NCBI GenBank assembly: GCA_964016885.1
Contig: OZ024742.1
Location: 243,660,001-243,724,000 of the forward strand
Length of the DNA: 64,000 bases
From: Eledone cirrhosa
Taxonomy: Eukaryota
Direction: 5' to 3'
Below, in pieces: positions 39,170 through 53,495 of this stretch. How positions within the stretch are numbered: the first letter of the stretch is position 1; every line of letters starts with the position of its first letter. The notes under the pieces are model-generated. The model was not told the DNA's origin. It did no database searches and saw nothing but the letters and a program-made list of their open reading frames with translations. The translations under genes were made by a program, and so were the position numbers.

Positions 39170-39700
39170 ACTTTAAATAATGCGCCAAAGTGCTGCAAAT
39201 GATATGTAAGCGACAGTCATTAAGCATGGCTTGAACGCTGCAGGCTTCCCCTCCCAGCTCGAGCCGGTGAGGCTGGACCGAGGGGATGGCAAAAGGCCAG
39301 CCGGTATGACCATCTTCCCATTCCACGGTAGCAAACTACTCGTCTGGGATGCCACTTGCAGTGACACTTTCTCCAGCCGCAACCTGGTGCAGTCTGTGAC
39401 TAACCCAGGCCAAACTCTCCAAGTACCGGTCGCTCTCCGACAGGTTCGCTGTCGTGCCCTTGGTGTCTTTGGTGTCTTTGGCCCTAGGGCTACCTCCCTA
39501 TTCACCACCATAGGCGCTGAGCTGGCCAGCCGCAGGTGTGAGCCTCGCGAGTTGGAATGGCTTTTCCAGCGCGTCTCCCTTACCCTCCTCCAGGGAAACG
39601 CCTTCTCCATCCTGTTCGCCGGGGTTGTGGGGAGGCCAGCACGTGGGACCCCATTTGCTCACCATACGGATTAATAGGCAAAGTTATAAACTATTGTAAA
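39170..39700 (+). mobile_element. CRE-like non-LTR retrotransposon, restriction-like endonuclease C-terminus
   Basis: LEP..LDRGDGKRP.GMT..P...LLVWDATCSDT...WLFQRVSL....GNAFSIL. Confidence 0.85.
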
Positions 39701-40514
39701 TAAATTAATTGTAAACCTCATGTAGTTAGTTATATGTTGAAAATATAGTTCAGCACAAGTTGAAGTCATCCTTTAAAAAACGTGATATATTTATCTAAGG
39801 AAAGTAACTCAGTTCAGGTTATGGCTATTTTATGTTATTTCCCTTGTTCTATTTTCTACGTACATGAAAATGTTTATTTTAACCATTAAATTAAAAAATA
39901 AAATACGAGGAGAATTCCAAATAAAGAATGTAAAAATATTCAATGTATATATATATACTTCTAATACTTGAGGAGATTCACATGTCACGTATATTTCGTT
40001 CTTTTCTAATATACATTTTAGAAAGAAAGCAGTTTATATGTGTGTGTGTATTATATGTGCGTGTTTGGCTCTGTGCGTGTGTGTGTGTGCGTATGTGTGA
40101 CCAGATACTTTTGCTCAGCTATATTATTTAATAATATGTTGAATTCTGACAGCTATTGATAATGGCCTTTGTATGTTTTGAAAATGTCCTTGATAGTATG
40201 CATAGCTTGGAAGGAATATGTATGCATGTATGTATAACATGTATGTAAGGTTTTATTTTGAATTTTTTTTTTGAATTTTTCACCAATAGAAAGAGAGCCA
40301 ATTTCTTACATGGAAACAAGACTCTTTTATTGGAATTTAGACAACAGCCATCTAATTATGTATGTATGTCTGTGTGCGTTTGTGTGAGTGTATGCAAATA
40401 TGGTTGTCATTGCATGTGTAGATCTGTATGTTTTAAGTTATATGTACACATATACATGTTTCTAGATCTATACATGTATATATAGTTATTACTTCCTAAA
40501 CTTTTTACAGTTCC

Positions 40515-41790
40515 ATTAATAACCTGAAACTTGCAATTTCATAATTAACAATGTTCTTTCTGGTTCTGTGAAGCCCAGCTCCTCAAGATTTGTACTAAGG
40601 CAGTTAGTAACATATTCAAGTGCTCCAATGATCACTGATACAAATCTAAAGGTATAATTAGGATGGAGAATCTTCAGGCTCCTCATTAGCTCAAAATAAA
40701 TGTTCTCCGTTTTGCTAATCTTTAATACTATATTAATATTTACTAAGCAACTGATTTCCACTACTTTGTATACATTCTTAACTCTGTCCCATATCATTAT
40801 GTATGGTCTGATATGTTTATATTTTATTTAGGTTTTGACTGGAATATTTCACCAATACTCTTTTATATTATGTATGCGTATGCCCTCCACATTGCTATAA
40901 CTTTGTATATTGTTATCCTCAGGACTTACCCTTTCTACTGGGTGCATTGTATAGTGTTTTGGCTGTTACATCCTGCCTCATAAGTTAATAGTATCATAAT
41001 AATATCTTTTGACAGCTGCTTATGATGTGGGTAGCATCCTTGTAGCTTATTCCACCAAGTGTGCATCTGTGTTCACATCTTGATATTTTGCCTACACCTC
41101 TTTTATGCATCAGGTATTTCATTGTTATTTCCTGTTCCTGGATTGCAAAAGCATATCCTTCAAAAGTGGGAGCTAATATACTGGTTGTTGGTCCAAGTTA
41201 GACTACATTAGTTATTTATATTGCTTTCACTTTTAAGCTTTCTGACAACATAACTATGCATGACATTTTGCTGATAAACATAAAACTTTTCATCTGTTGC
41301 TTTGTTTTGGTAGTGCTGTTTTCCTCAGTGTGTGTTTTGGATATCATTCAGGGAGTATTTCTCTAGAAGCTCTTTCCCAGCTCCCATGATGATAGATTTG
41401 TTCTATGGATGGGCTTCTGTGCTCGATCGTTCATAGATGTTGTCAAAGAGATATAATGTGACATTCAAATACTGTTTGAATCAATTTCCAGCCTCTGCCT
41501 CCCTCTTTATGGTTTAAGTAGAGGTAGTTTATGTCACTATTGATATGGAAATCTCTGGCGCTGGTTAGAATTTTCCAGGTTTTAACATCAATGGCTTAGA
41601 TTTCATGTGGTGTCCATTCAAGTAATTTATGTGCTGGTATTAGTATAGGTACAGCAAACACATTGTTGGCCATTTATTTATTATATGCAAAGAGATTTGA
41701 AGATATTATATTTCTTGGTTACTCATCCCTTGTTACAAATTCCATCATAGTATACATCAATCCCCAAGTATGTGTAACAGTCTTCGTCAG
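40515..41790 (-). mobile_element. Degraded R4/Dong-like RLE LINE
   Basis: Minus-strand motifs YTYLGID, EGYAFAIQEQEI, IWDR.....VVEISC, V.VIIGAL. Confidence 0.75.
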
Positions 41791-41963
41791 ATACTGGTAG
41801 ACCTATCGACTTTCCCCATCCGACAGGGAGATCTCCCACACATTTTGGGGTGGGTGAGAGATGTCTTCTCTTGTGAAAATGGGTATAGATTTCATTATGT
41901 AAAATCTCCCCATTTTGCCTCACTTCTCCCTGTTTTGGTGAGTAATATGAATGACCACTTTAA

Positions 41964-42183
41964 CCCTTAAGCATTTACATTACTCTATATTTACTATTGT
42001 ATTTTCATGGTAAACACTTTATTTCACATAATATCTCACATAATATCAAATCTATGAGATTTTGATATTATTTATTTTGAGAACAATACCTTAACAAAAG
42101 TATGAGCAGCCAGTTATGGACTGTTTCAACAGAAAGAGGTGAGAGAATTCTGGCTGGATACAGCCGGTTCAAATGCTAAAGGG
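41964..42183 (-). mobile_element. piggyBac-like MITE copy
   Basis: TTAA|CCCTTAAGCATTTA ... AAATGCTAAAGGG|TTAA. Confidence 0.85.
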
Positions 42184-43071
42184 TTAAACATTAAGTATAT
42201 TTAAACATTATATGAAGGCACATGGCTTAGTGGTTAGAAAGTTGGTTTTACAATTGTTAGGTTGTGAGTTCAATTCCAAGACCATGTGATGTATTATGTA
42301 TGTCCTTGAGAAAGACATTTTATTTCATGTTGTTCCTTCAGCCAGGGGTTGCAACCAGTAGATAAAGTCAGCAATTGGAAATACGAATGTAAACATTGTT
42401 TTCTTGGATCTGACAAGTTCCACCCCATTTGATAAGGTCTGGGATCTTATCGATTCAGATCAAACATTACTAATTACTCAAATCTATATCTTCAGATACA
42501 TCTCTAGTGCTTAACTATCATTCTCTAATACACATAGCATTCTAAGCCTAATCATCCAAAAGAGAATATTTTTTACACCATACCTTACTATTATTTTTAT
42601 ATGGATCGTTTTTGTTTTCTTGTTTGTTTTTGCTATAATTTCCCCCACCTCACACCTATAGCTCCTACATTTGTCTCTGTTCCGTAGTCATAGCAAAGAT
42701 GGCTAATAATAAAAAATGGTTCACCTGTTTTTCATATTTCCTTTCTCTTGACATATAGAAAGAAAGAGAGCCAATAGGTTATATTGTAAAGTCATAGCTG
42801 ATTCAATAACTATTAACTAAAGATACCAGTATTTTCTTCTTACTAACTGAGATATTTCATTGAGCAATGAATGAATGTGAAATGATGTTTCCTCCTTCCT
42901 TTTCAAATCTTAGGCCCCTGCTTTTTCATATTAGAAATGTTAGGAACAATTATTAGAGAATAATTTGTCCTTAGACACCATCTGTGTGGAAAAGAACAAT
43001 AGTTAAATTAGGGTTAACATAGTTAATATGCCCTACATTAAATATGTTAACATTATAAGAAATTATAAAAA

Positions 43072-43105
43072 TCATCATCGTCATCATCATCATCATGACC
43101 ATCAC

Positions 43106-43162
<57 letters not shown>

Positions 43163-43203
43163 TCTCGTCACCATCATTGTCATCACCATCACCACTACCA
43201 CCA
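43072..43203. repeat. (CAT)n/(CAC)n microsatellite
   Basis: Seen directly; similar tracts at 2548-2595 and 44657-44775. Confidence 0.95.
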
Positions 43204-44117
43204 GTAAGATACTGCATGTGAGCTCAAGGGCAGTTTAACATTCACAAGGCGAAATCATTAGAAAATGCAAAAATGGCTACCTTTGCCAAAGAAAAGAAAA
43301 GATTTATTTGTATGAAAATAAGTTATATGGTTTATGTATATAGTTGTGAACCAATGGAATTTAAGAAGTGGATGTAGAATATGTAATGCATAGCAACAAA
43401 CTAAGTATCCATCTATTGGTGTTCAATGTAAATTTGAAGGACATATTAAATAAGATGGCAAGTTACTCTTAGGTCCCAAATAATAGTGGGTGGTTATAAT
43501 AAGCAGTGGGGTTGGAAAATCGTAATTTTCCTAGGTTGTCTCCGTTGATTTTTTTTAAAAAACAAAATTAGTCATTTAGTTTACATATTGAAACCCGACA
43601 CTATCCTATTTATTTTATAATGTATGAGATTTCTTGTAATATTATTTTTTTGTTATGTATAATGTTCTTTAATGTTTAAAGAAAATTAATTATCATAGGA
43701 ATGCTACCACTTAAAATAAAATTTCGCAAAATCTAATAAGTGTTGGAGGGGGGGGGGGCTGAAGAATTATTAAGCGAAGTATTGAAGACCCGAGAGTAAC
43801 TAGACATTTAGCGAACATGATGAGTGTAAGAACAATAGATGATTGCATTGGAAAGAACATATGATAGTAATAGATGACAATCTCTGAGTAGTAATATTCT
43901 CTCAAGTGATGGAAGAAAAGCAAAAAAAACAGTCAATCAATTAACTTATGTAAACTTAACCTTTTCTATTAGAGAAATCACCATCAGCTGGGGGAAATTT
44001 TGATATGCAGTTAGTTTCTACAACATCTCATAATGTTAAAATTGGGAGCCTAGTGACAAACTGCATTCACAAGAATAAATTGGAAATATAAAAAAGACCA
44101 GGTAAATCATGATTACT

Positions 44118-44275
44118 ATTATAGGCACAAGGCCAGCAATTTGGGGGAGGGGAAAGTCGATTACATCGACCCCAATGCATTACTGGTGCTTTATTTTATC
44201 GATCCCGTAAGGATGAAAGGCAAAGCTAACTTTGGCAGGATTTGAACTCAGAACATAAAGAGTCATAACTGTATG
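44118..44275 (-). mobile_element. SINE family A copy (others at 45085-45290, 58145-58270, 60068-60170, 63340-63490)
   Basis: Reverse complement of the family A body. Confidence 0.8.
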
Positions 44276-44294
44276 CCTGCTAAGGTTTTCTCTG

Positions 44295-44535
44295 CAGTCC
44301 AGCTTATATTCAATATAAGAGACATGGCAATGTCAAGGATAGTTCAACTTATGTTCAATCAAGGACAATCCAGTTTATATTCAATATATCAGGCATCATA
44401 AGATCAAGCACAGTCCAGTATATATTTCAATATAACAGACATTACAATGTCAAGGACAGTCCAGTTTATATTCAATATGACAGACATTGCAATGTCAAGG
44501 ACATCCAGCTTATATTCAATATAACAGACATGATA
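44295..44535. repeat. Minisatellite, ~43 bp unit
   Basis: Repeated cagtccagcttatattcaatataacagacattgcaatgtcaagga. Confidence 0.85.
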
Positions 44536-44679
44536 TATAAAACTTTACTGGCTGAATATTGAGCAGAGAATATCATCCAAAATTCTATCACTGATATATA
44601 AATATCCTCATTATATTGTTCTACTTACAGTTTCTGACTTCCTACCTATTAAGGACTCATCATCATTATCAGCATCATT

Positions 44680-44746
<67 letters not shown>

Positions 44747-46353
44747 ACATCATCATCATCACTGGCACCACCACCTTAGGGACATGCCACCTGGCCAGAT
44801 GACCACATTATATGGTAGACTAAGTGCTGTTTTGCAATGGTACCAGAGTGGACTGGGTGCTTTTTGTCGAGGCACCATTACAACCTCCTTACAGGGTGGA
44901 CTGAGTGTTTTTGTCATGGAGTTTCCCCTTCTATTCCCCTAAAAATATTGTAATAAACTTCCAAATGATATTTTTGACTGTCTAACTAACCTCTTCTTTT
45001 CAAATCACTCTAAGCACTGTATATGTTCAATAATTTCTACAATTACATCAGTTATTATTCTTTAATACATATTGATTTGTAATTTAGGCACAAGGCTAGC
45101 AAAATTAGGGAAGGACAAAGTTGATTAAATCAACCCTAGTATTTGACTGGTACTGTATTTTATCAACCCCAAAAGTGTGAAAAGCAAAGTTGACCGCAAC
45201 AGATTTTGAACTCAGAATGTAAAGAGCCAGAACAAATACTGCGATGACATTTTATCTAATGCTTGACTAATTCTGCCAATCCACTACCCTATTATTTAAT
45301 ACATATCAAACTTTAATCTTTTGTGTCTTTTCAACATCACTTCTGTGCCTGAAAAAAATTGATTCAGTCGTAACACTTTATAAACATTTTTATTCATTTA
45401 TTTTGAGGATATGTTTTTAATCCTTCATAATCTCATTGAATTTGTTTTAATATTTTACTCCATGGTGTCGAAATGTCTTCAATTTCTTGGAGAATTGACT
45501 TTTATCAGCAAATATTACAACAGAAACTAATATTAATTAATGGTATAAGAGGGTTTTAGAGTATCAAGTTCAGGAATTTGAGTTTATATCCAGTTGAAGT
45601 AAATTTGAGTTCAGGAATTTGAGTTTATATCCAGTTGAAGTAAATTGTCCTTAAATTCTCTGTCAATAACATAACCAGTAGTGATATAATCAACCAGATT
45701 ATATCAACTAGCCATAGATCTACAAATTGAAGAGTAGCATATGATGAGAAGATTGTAAATAAATCTTTACTAGTAACATCATTTTTGTGCTTTATTCAAA
45801 TACAAATCCCTTATTGTTTGAAATTGTGACAGAAATAATTTAGTCTTTCTCTATTCCATCAAAGAATCCACTTGACTTAGTTAACAGATTTCTTAAAGAC
45901 AAACATACTGCCAAACAACACTGTTTCACAAAATAAAAACGAGGATTGGCTTAGTACGTGTTTGTGATATTCAAGGCAAAAACATCTGTAAACTTCCCTC
46001 ACTAAGCTTCCTTCAATTGTGGTTAATACTTGTTGGGGTAAAAACTGTTGCATATTGGTTTTAATGCCAGAGAATGAAGACAACATTGCAGATGAGTGAT
46101 GCTAAGCACCCCATATATATATATATATATATGCATATATATAAATCATGTAGGAGTCATAGCAAAAAGCACCCAGCACACACTGTAAATGTAGTTGGCA
46201 TTAGGAAGGTCATGCAGCCATAGAAACATAGCCAGAAACAGTCCTATATGAGTACAACACAGTCACCTGACTCAACTTACCTCAAATGGGACGACCCATC
46301 TAACCCATGCTAACATGGAAAATGGATGTTAGTCGATGATGATGATGATGTTG

Positions 46354-46411
<58 letters not shown>

Positions 46412-46698
46412 AATGAATTTATATCGACATACAAAATATTGACTTGTTACATCATAACCACTCAATGTAGATTTGGTGCGAAAATACCAAAAGCAGAGTT
46501 TATTCATACAAATAATGTAATGGATACAACATTTTTAATATCTTGCAAATAAACAACGAAGAACCAAGCAGAACATTAAAAATATTACTTACATTATGTT
46601 AGCATAATTACACATTCTTGTCTTGATAATTAGCAATGTTCAAAAGCCAACCCACATCAGTATATATATATATACTGTATATATATATATATATACAC

Positions 46699-46730
<32 letters not shown>

Positions 46731-46732
<2 letters not shown>

Positions 46733-46923
46733 CGAAGGAGTTGTGGTAAGGAACCAGATGGACCATAATGCACCAGAGTACTCAATACTTAGGGTAGTAG
46801 AGTGGGTAATAGGAAAAAGCATGACCCCGACGGCAGAGCTCAAGATGTTTCGACGGCTATTTCTGGACTGAAATAGCCATCGAAACGGCTTGAGCTCTGC
46901 TGTCGGGGTCATACTTTTTCCTA
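46731..46923. mobile_element. Short fold-back element in (TA)n (hairpin 46810-46923)
   Basis: taggaaaaagcatgaccccgacggcagagctcaagatgtttcgacggctatttc pairs with gaaatagccatcgaaacggcttgagctctgctgtcggggtcatactttttccta; homologous to 61166-61377. Confidence 0.75.
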
Positions 46924-46983
46924 TATATATATATATACATTTATTTCTTTATATATATATATATGTATATATATATATGCATA

Positions 46984-47044
<61 letters not shown>

Positions 47045-47073
47045 CGTTTCTGAATTTGTTTAGCCAAAAGTAT

Positions 47074-47128
<55 letters not shown>

Positions 47129-48016
47129 CACATACATATATTGATTTATATATATATATATATATATATAGTCCTATGCGAGCAAGACAATCACTCTTGC
47201 CTCAAGTGGGACTACCCCCGTCCAAACCCATGCAAGCGTGGAACACGGACGTTAAACGTTGATGATGATGATGATGATGATGATATATATATACATACAC
47301 ATACATATATTGATTTATATATATATATATATATATACATACACATACATATATTGATTTATATATATATATATATAATATACAGTCTATTCTCTTTTTC
47401 CTTCTCTTCTTTCTGTTTTCCTTTCCAATGAAGGACTAGCATCTAAAGCATTCAGGCATTTTTATTCTTTCCTTTTAAGCATTTTGTTAATCTATTGCTA
47501 TTGTAATGTTTTGTTCTCAGGTACTGTTCATTATATATACAAACACACACACATATATATCCATCATATCCATTTACAAAACAAAAAACATACCTGGATG
47601 AAAAATGTAGATGTCAAACATCACACAAACAAGAAATATATGTAAATGTATAGCACCATATATATAAATACAGAAGACCCGCCTTCCCTACAAGCAAAGT
47701 TAACCTACAGTCAGTAGGTCCCTCCTAACCAAATATACACCCCAACCCACTATCCCTACTCCATCCTCTCACCCCCACCAACACCACCCTTCCTCTGTAA
47801 AGTTATGTTAGTACCACAACATCTTTAGTTTGCTAAAGAGGTCGTGTAGGTGTCACAACAAAAATACACACAGTCCACGCTATTATATTTTCATGGCTGG
47901 TTTAAATGCTAAAGGGTTAACAAATGATATAATTATATGATTGTTTTCTCAGAAATTGATGTTAGGAAGGGCATCCAGCCATAGAAACCATATCAAATAT
48001 GGAATATATGAAGATA

Positions 48017-48054
<38 letters not shown>

Positions 48055-48853
48055 TACCATTTTATGTCAATTCTTCCACGCTAGCATAAGTTGGACGGGT
48101 TGTCCTGTTGTGGGCAGTGCTAGGTCAGGTGATCATGTCTTGTTCATACAGGAACTTATTTTGGCTTTATGTCTACAGCTGGATGCCCTTCCTAACACCA
48201 ACCTCATTTACAGTGAATGCTGGATGGTTTTTTACTATGGCACCCATACAATATTGTTGTTGTATATTTTGTGTTTGCATGTTTTACTTGCTCATGCCAT
48301 ATTTAATGTCGACATTGTTTTATGTTTTTCATTTTGTCTTATTTACACAATGCCTTGTTTATTCCCAAGCATTGTTAAACTAATTTTTAACATTATTGTA
48401 CACTGTCGGATTAGTAGCCCTGTCTTAGGTGTATGAAACCACACAGTCTGATTGACAGCTGATGATATGGTGTTTCTTGTTTATGTTTTTATGTTGTCCT
48501 TGTTTTCATTTTCTCCATTTATTGTACAGTCATTGTGCTGTTTTCCTTAATATATACTTATTTAACTGGGCTACATGACTCTCTCTCCACAATATTGATT
48601 TAATAGTTATTGTTTTTGCAGCAATTCTCTCCTTTCTCTCTTTTCTTTGCTCTTGTTTATTCTCTCTGGTTTTATTGTCTACTATTCTTTCTCCCCCTTC
48701 TTCCCTTCCCTCACTACCATTACTTCTCTTTCTATCACTGTCAGTCTTTCTCTTCCTTCTTCCATTTCTGCTGGTCTGGAGTCAAAACTTACTCTCTTAC
48801 CAAGTCCTGCATCCTCTCAGTCTTTTCCTGGTTTTGTGTCATTTGTAGTTTAA

Positions 48854-49280
48854 CTCTTAAGCATTTAAACCAGCCGTACCCAGCCAGAATTCTCTCACCT
48901 CTTTGTGTTCAAACCAGTCATAACCGGTTGCTCATACTGATGTTAAGTTATTGTTCTCAAAATAAATAATATCAAAATCTCGTAGATTCAATATTATGTG
49001 AGATAAAGCCTTTACCACAAAATACAATAGTAAATATGGTGTAATGTAAATGCTAAAGGCTTAACTCTAGCATTTAACTCAGCCATATCCGGCCAGAATT
49101 CTCTGACCTCTTTCTGTTCAAACCAGCTATAACTGGCTGCTCATACTGATGATAAGGTATTGTTCTCAAAATAAATAATATCAAAATCTCATAGATTTGA
49201 TATTATGTGAGATAATTATGTGAGGTAAAGTGTTCACCATGAAAATATAATAGTAAATATAGAGTAATGTAAATGCTAAA
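48854..49280 (+). mobile_element. Tandem pair of piggyBac-like MITEs sharing one TTAA (49061-49064)
   Basis: ...aaatgctaaaggc|ttaa|ctctagcattta... Confidence 0.8.
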
Positions 49281-49467
49281 TGATATGAAAGAGGAAAGGT
49301 TGAGGGAAAAGGAAATGTTGGCTCTAAGATGAAGGAGTTAGTGAGAGAGCTAGTTTTGATGCCCATCCAATACACACCACACACACACACACACATACAT
49401 TCACACACGCACACGCACGCACACGCACACGCACACACGCGCATGCACACACACACACACACACACA

Positions 49468-49516
<49 letters not shown>

Positions 49517-49552
49517 CTGTAGTATAGTGGTAAGCATCCCCGCCTGTCATGA

Positions 49553-49890
49553 GGCACATGGCTTAGTGGTTAGAGCATTGGCCTTGCAATCGAAAGGTTG
49601 TGAGTTCAATTCTCAGACCGGGTGATGTGTTGTTTCCTTGAGCAAGACACTTTATTTCACATTGCTCCAGTTTACTCAGCTGTAGAAATGAGATGATAGG
49701 GACTGGGGTCCCTATCATTCCACTGCAAAAGTGGTCGTGTAGGTGCCACGGCAAAAACCACCCAGCACTCACTGTAAATGAGGTTGGTGTTAGGAAGGGC
49801 ATCCAGCTGTAGAAATCAAGCCAGAATCAGTTCCCGTCCCACCCTTGCAAGCAGGGAAAAGTGTACGTAAAATGATGATGATGATGATGA
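49553..49890 (+). mobile_element. tRNA-headed SINE (family B) with RTE-derived 3' tail
   Basis: tggcttagtggttaga / gagttcaattctc boxes, then ggtgttaggaagggcatccagctgtagaaa shared with the RTE 3' UTR; (TGA)n end. Confidence 0.85.
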
Positions 49891-50402
49891 TATATGTAGG
49901 GCACCCGAGCACTGTACACAATAATTTTCATTTCATAACCTATGCAAGCATGGAAAAGCATGTAAAAAGGACGATGATGATGACACAAACACACATATAT
50001 ATATATATGTGTGTGTGTATTTGGTGTAGAGGAAGGCATGAGTTGTGTTGTGTATGTATGGGGTGGGGAATCTATTGGTTATTTCTCTATGTTACTAAGA
50101 ACAGAAAATCAACCTATATAGTTAAACTTATACACATCCATACGTGAGAAATGGGTTAATATTTATGTCTATAAGTATCAAAGTTAAATGTTTTAAACAT
50201 AACTTTGATACTTGTGTAATCTATATTACTGCTCTGTAAAACAACTGATGTTCTTACATTGAGCTATTTCTCTTACTGGTAATAAGGTAGTAATAAACTA
50301 CTGACCTTCCCTGTTTATAGTTGTTTATAGCTATAAATAGTATCTTTAATATTATATATATATATATACATGAATGTATATATGTATGTATATATATATA
50401 TA

Positions 50403-50459
<57 letters not shown>

Positions 50460-50572
50460 AATTAAGTTAAAAATGTACAATCATACAAAAGTGAGTTACA
50501 AACGAAACAAAATTTAATTTCGTTTCGTTATTTGTTTTTATATATATATAAATTTATTATTATTACTATATA

Positions 50573-50629
<57 letters not shown>

Positions 50630-50984
50630 TTATATGACCTTCAGTCTTTGATTTCCACTGGTTTATGGAAATATATGTTGTTAGTGTACCATGTCAATGC
50701 TTGTAGAGCAGGTAGCCATGATCAAGTGCTCCTAACACACCTGTCAATACAGTTACATTGTCAACTGAGTCAACACATTCTCTTGATTTGGCTTCAATTG
50801 GAAACATGTGTATATATATATATCATCATTATGGTATGAAACTATACTCTATTTCTATACCTATTCAGTAACCTTACAAGCATTGAGTACTACCCTGATT
50901 TGCAGTCTTCCGAGTCTTCGAAACTTTGAGCAGTTCATATTTGTGTGTGTGTTTTTGTGTGAGCATGTCTGTATGTATGTGTAC

Positions 50985-53495
50985 CATCATCATCATCATC
51001 ATCACCGTTTTACGTCCATTCTTCCACGCTAGCATGGGTTAGACGGGTTGTCCTGTTGTGGGCAATGTTAGGTCGGCTGACCTTGTCTTGCTCATACAGG
51101 AACTGATTTTGGCTTGATTTCTATAGCTGGATGCCCTTCCTAACACCAACCTCATTTACAGTGAGTGCTGGGTGCTGTTTTTCTGTGGCGCCTACACGTC
51201 CACTTTACAGTGTGGTCTGGATGCTTTTTGGTCGTGACACCTCCATGACCACTTTCCAGTGAGAGGGGATGGGGGCATATTGTCTATATGCTTCAGCTTC
51301 AGCTTGTTCCCGTCGGAAGTTGGGTCTTCTGTATTACTGAGTGATGCCAGAGGTCATGGTCCTGTGTCATTGCCATTGAGAGGTGCAATTGGGCAAGTTC
51401 CGCTTTTATCACCTCATCCCAGGTCTTCTTGGGTCTCCCCACTCCATGGCTTCCATCAACTTTTAGTACTCTGCACCTTTTTATGCAGCTGTCATCCTTC
51501 ATATGCATCACATGTCCATACCAACGCATCCTCCTCTCCCGCACACAGCATTTGATTCCCCTTATGCTCAGTCTCTCTCTCAGTTCGTTTATGCTTTGCC
51601 GTTCGCATATATTACTATTACACATCCAACGGAGCATGCAAGCTTTGTTTCTTTCTAATCTATGCAAGTTTTCTATGCGCAACGCCCAGGTCTCACTACC
51701 ATGTAACATTGCTGTTCGTATGCTCGCATCATACAGTCTGCCTTTCATTTTGAGGGAAAAGCCTTTTGCAGATAGTAGTGGCAGTAGCTCCCTGAACATC
51801 TTCCACCCCGTTTTTACCCTGGTTACTGTACTTTCAGAACACCCACCTCTGCTGTTAATTTGGTCACCTAGATAGCAGAAGCTGTCTACTGTTTCTACAG
51901 AGCCTTCCTAGAGTTTGGTAGTGCTTGTTTCCTGTAGCTGTTTGCTGCTTACTGTCCCGGTGCAGCTGTTACATGTAAAGCCTACATTCCTAACTAAGCT
52001 TCCTGAGATCCCACTACATCTCTTGTGTACCCATTCTTTGCATTTGGGGCAGAGGATAGAATTCCTACCTACACCTTTCCTACATACTGAGCAAGGCCAT
52101 TTCCCTAAGGGGATCTGGGTTCTGTTTTCTCGTCTACTTACGAGGTTCTTTCTAATCCCTGCTTCCATGTTTGGAATTTCTTCTTTCGTTCTGCCATAGA
52201 TTCAGCTATAAGCATAATATCATCTGCATACAAAAGTTTCCATGGGCATCTGGTCTTAAACTCTTCTGTTATAGCCTGCAATACTATAATAAACAGGAGA
52301 GGGCTAAGAACAGAGCCCTGGTGGACACCAACCTGTATGCTAAATTCCTCGCTATAGTCATTGTTAACCCTAACTTTGCTGACTGCTTCCCTATATATGG
52401 CTTGTACAGCTTTCACAAGCCATTCATCTACTCTTAGTTTTCTAAGAGCCCACCAGATTATAGCACAGAGCACTCTGTTGAAGGCTTTTTCCAGATCGAC
52501 AAATGCCAGGTAGAGCAGTTTACTTTTAGCTATGTACTATTCCTTTTACTGCCTCACAAGGAAGAGAATATCAGTGGTGCTTTTTCCTGGCACAAACCCA
52601 AACTACATCTCACCTAGTTTTACCAGGTCCTAATCAGCTGTGCTATAACTCTTTCCGTTACTTTCATGACCTGGTCCATCAGCTTTATCCCTCTATAGTT
52701 TCCTCTATCTAGTGCATCTCCTTTACCCTTGTAGCAGTTGACAATGATGCTGTTGCACCAATCCTTTGGTATGACACCCTCTTGTATTACCTGGTTAACA
52801 ATACATGTGGTTATGGTGTGACCTACCGACCCAGATGCTTTCAGCATCTTGGCAGCTATACCTGATGGACCGGTTGCCTTCCCAGTCTTCATATCTTTAA
52901 TTGCCTTACTTACTACGCTGCTGCTGACTTGTATTGCTGGTCCCTCTATAGGGTCCACTTGGGGTAGAATCTCTTTCTCCTATGCATTCTCCTCATTTAG
53001 TAATCTTTCATAATGGCTCTTCCATGCAGCTTTCTTCTTGGCACTTGTGAGGGCAAGCTGACCTTTCTCATTCTGGACACACTTCTCTCCAATGACATTA
53101 CAATTTTCTCTAACACACTGCCTTGCAATCCTGAACACCTCCTGTTTCTGGTCCTCACGCTGCAAAACCTGCTTGAATTTTCTATCCTCCGCTTCCCTTC
53201 TAGCTAAGTATACTTGTTGCCTAGCTTCCATGCCTGTCTCTTGGCCTTAACTGCCTCCTCTACCTTATTGTTCCACCACCAATTCACTCTCCTCCTCCCT
53301 GTGGTCTTACTCCAACTACAAATCTCGTCCGTCACCTTTAGTAAGTTATTTTTTAGGAACTCCCAGTGCTCTTCTACATTGAATTTCACTAACTGTTCTT
53401 CTTTACTGTCATAGGCATCGAGTAAGATATCCTTAAATCTGTTACTGGCTGAGTGGTCTTTCAGCTTCCAGATCTTTCTTCTCCAGGTTGCCTTT
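50985..53495 (-). mobile_element. Fragmented RTE LINE
   Basis: ORF pieces 51299-53389 contain NYRGIKL, GVHQGSVLSP, YADD, PHD-like finger and RWYGHV; 3' UTR and (TGA)n at 50985-51260. Confidence 0.95.

Noticed and set aside
44295-44535. Regularly spaced repeats resembling a CRISPR array (also 1061-1192)
   Set aside because: No unique spacers, no cas genes, eukaryotic context; ordinary minisatellites
44616-44942. Poly-His ORF (and poly-Met ORF at 42971-43201)
   Set aside because: (CAT)n microsatellite; no splice or homology support
49553-49625. tRNA-like sequence (also 6482, 42216, 62020-62092)
   Set aside because: No proper acceptor stem; continues into SINE body, so it is a SINE head and not a tRNA gene
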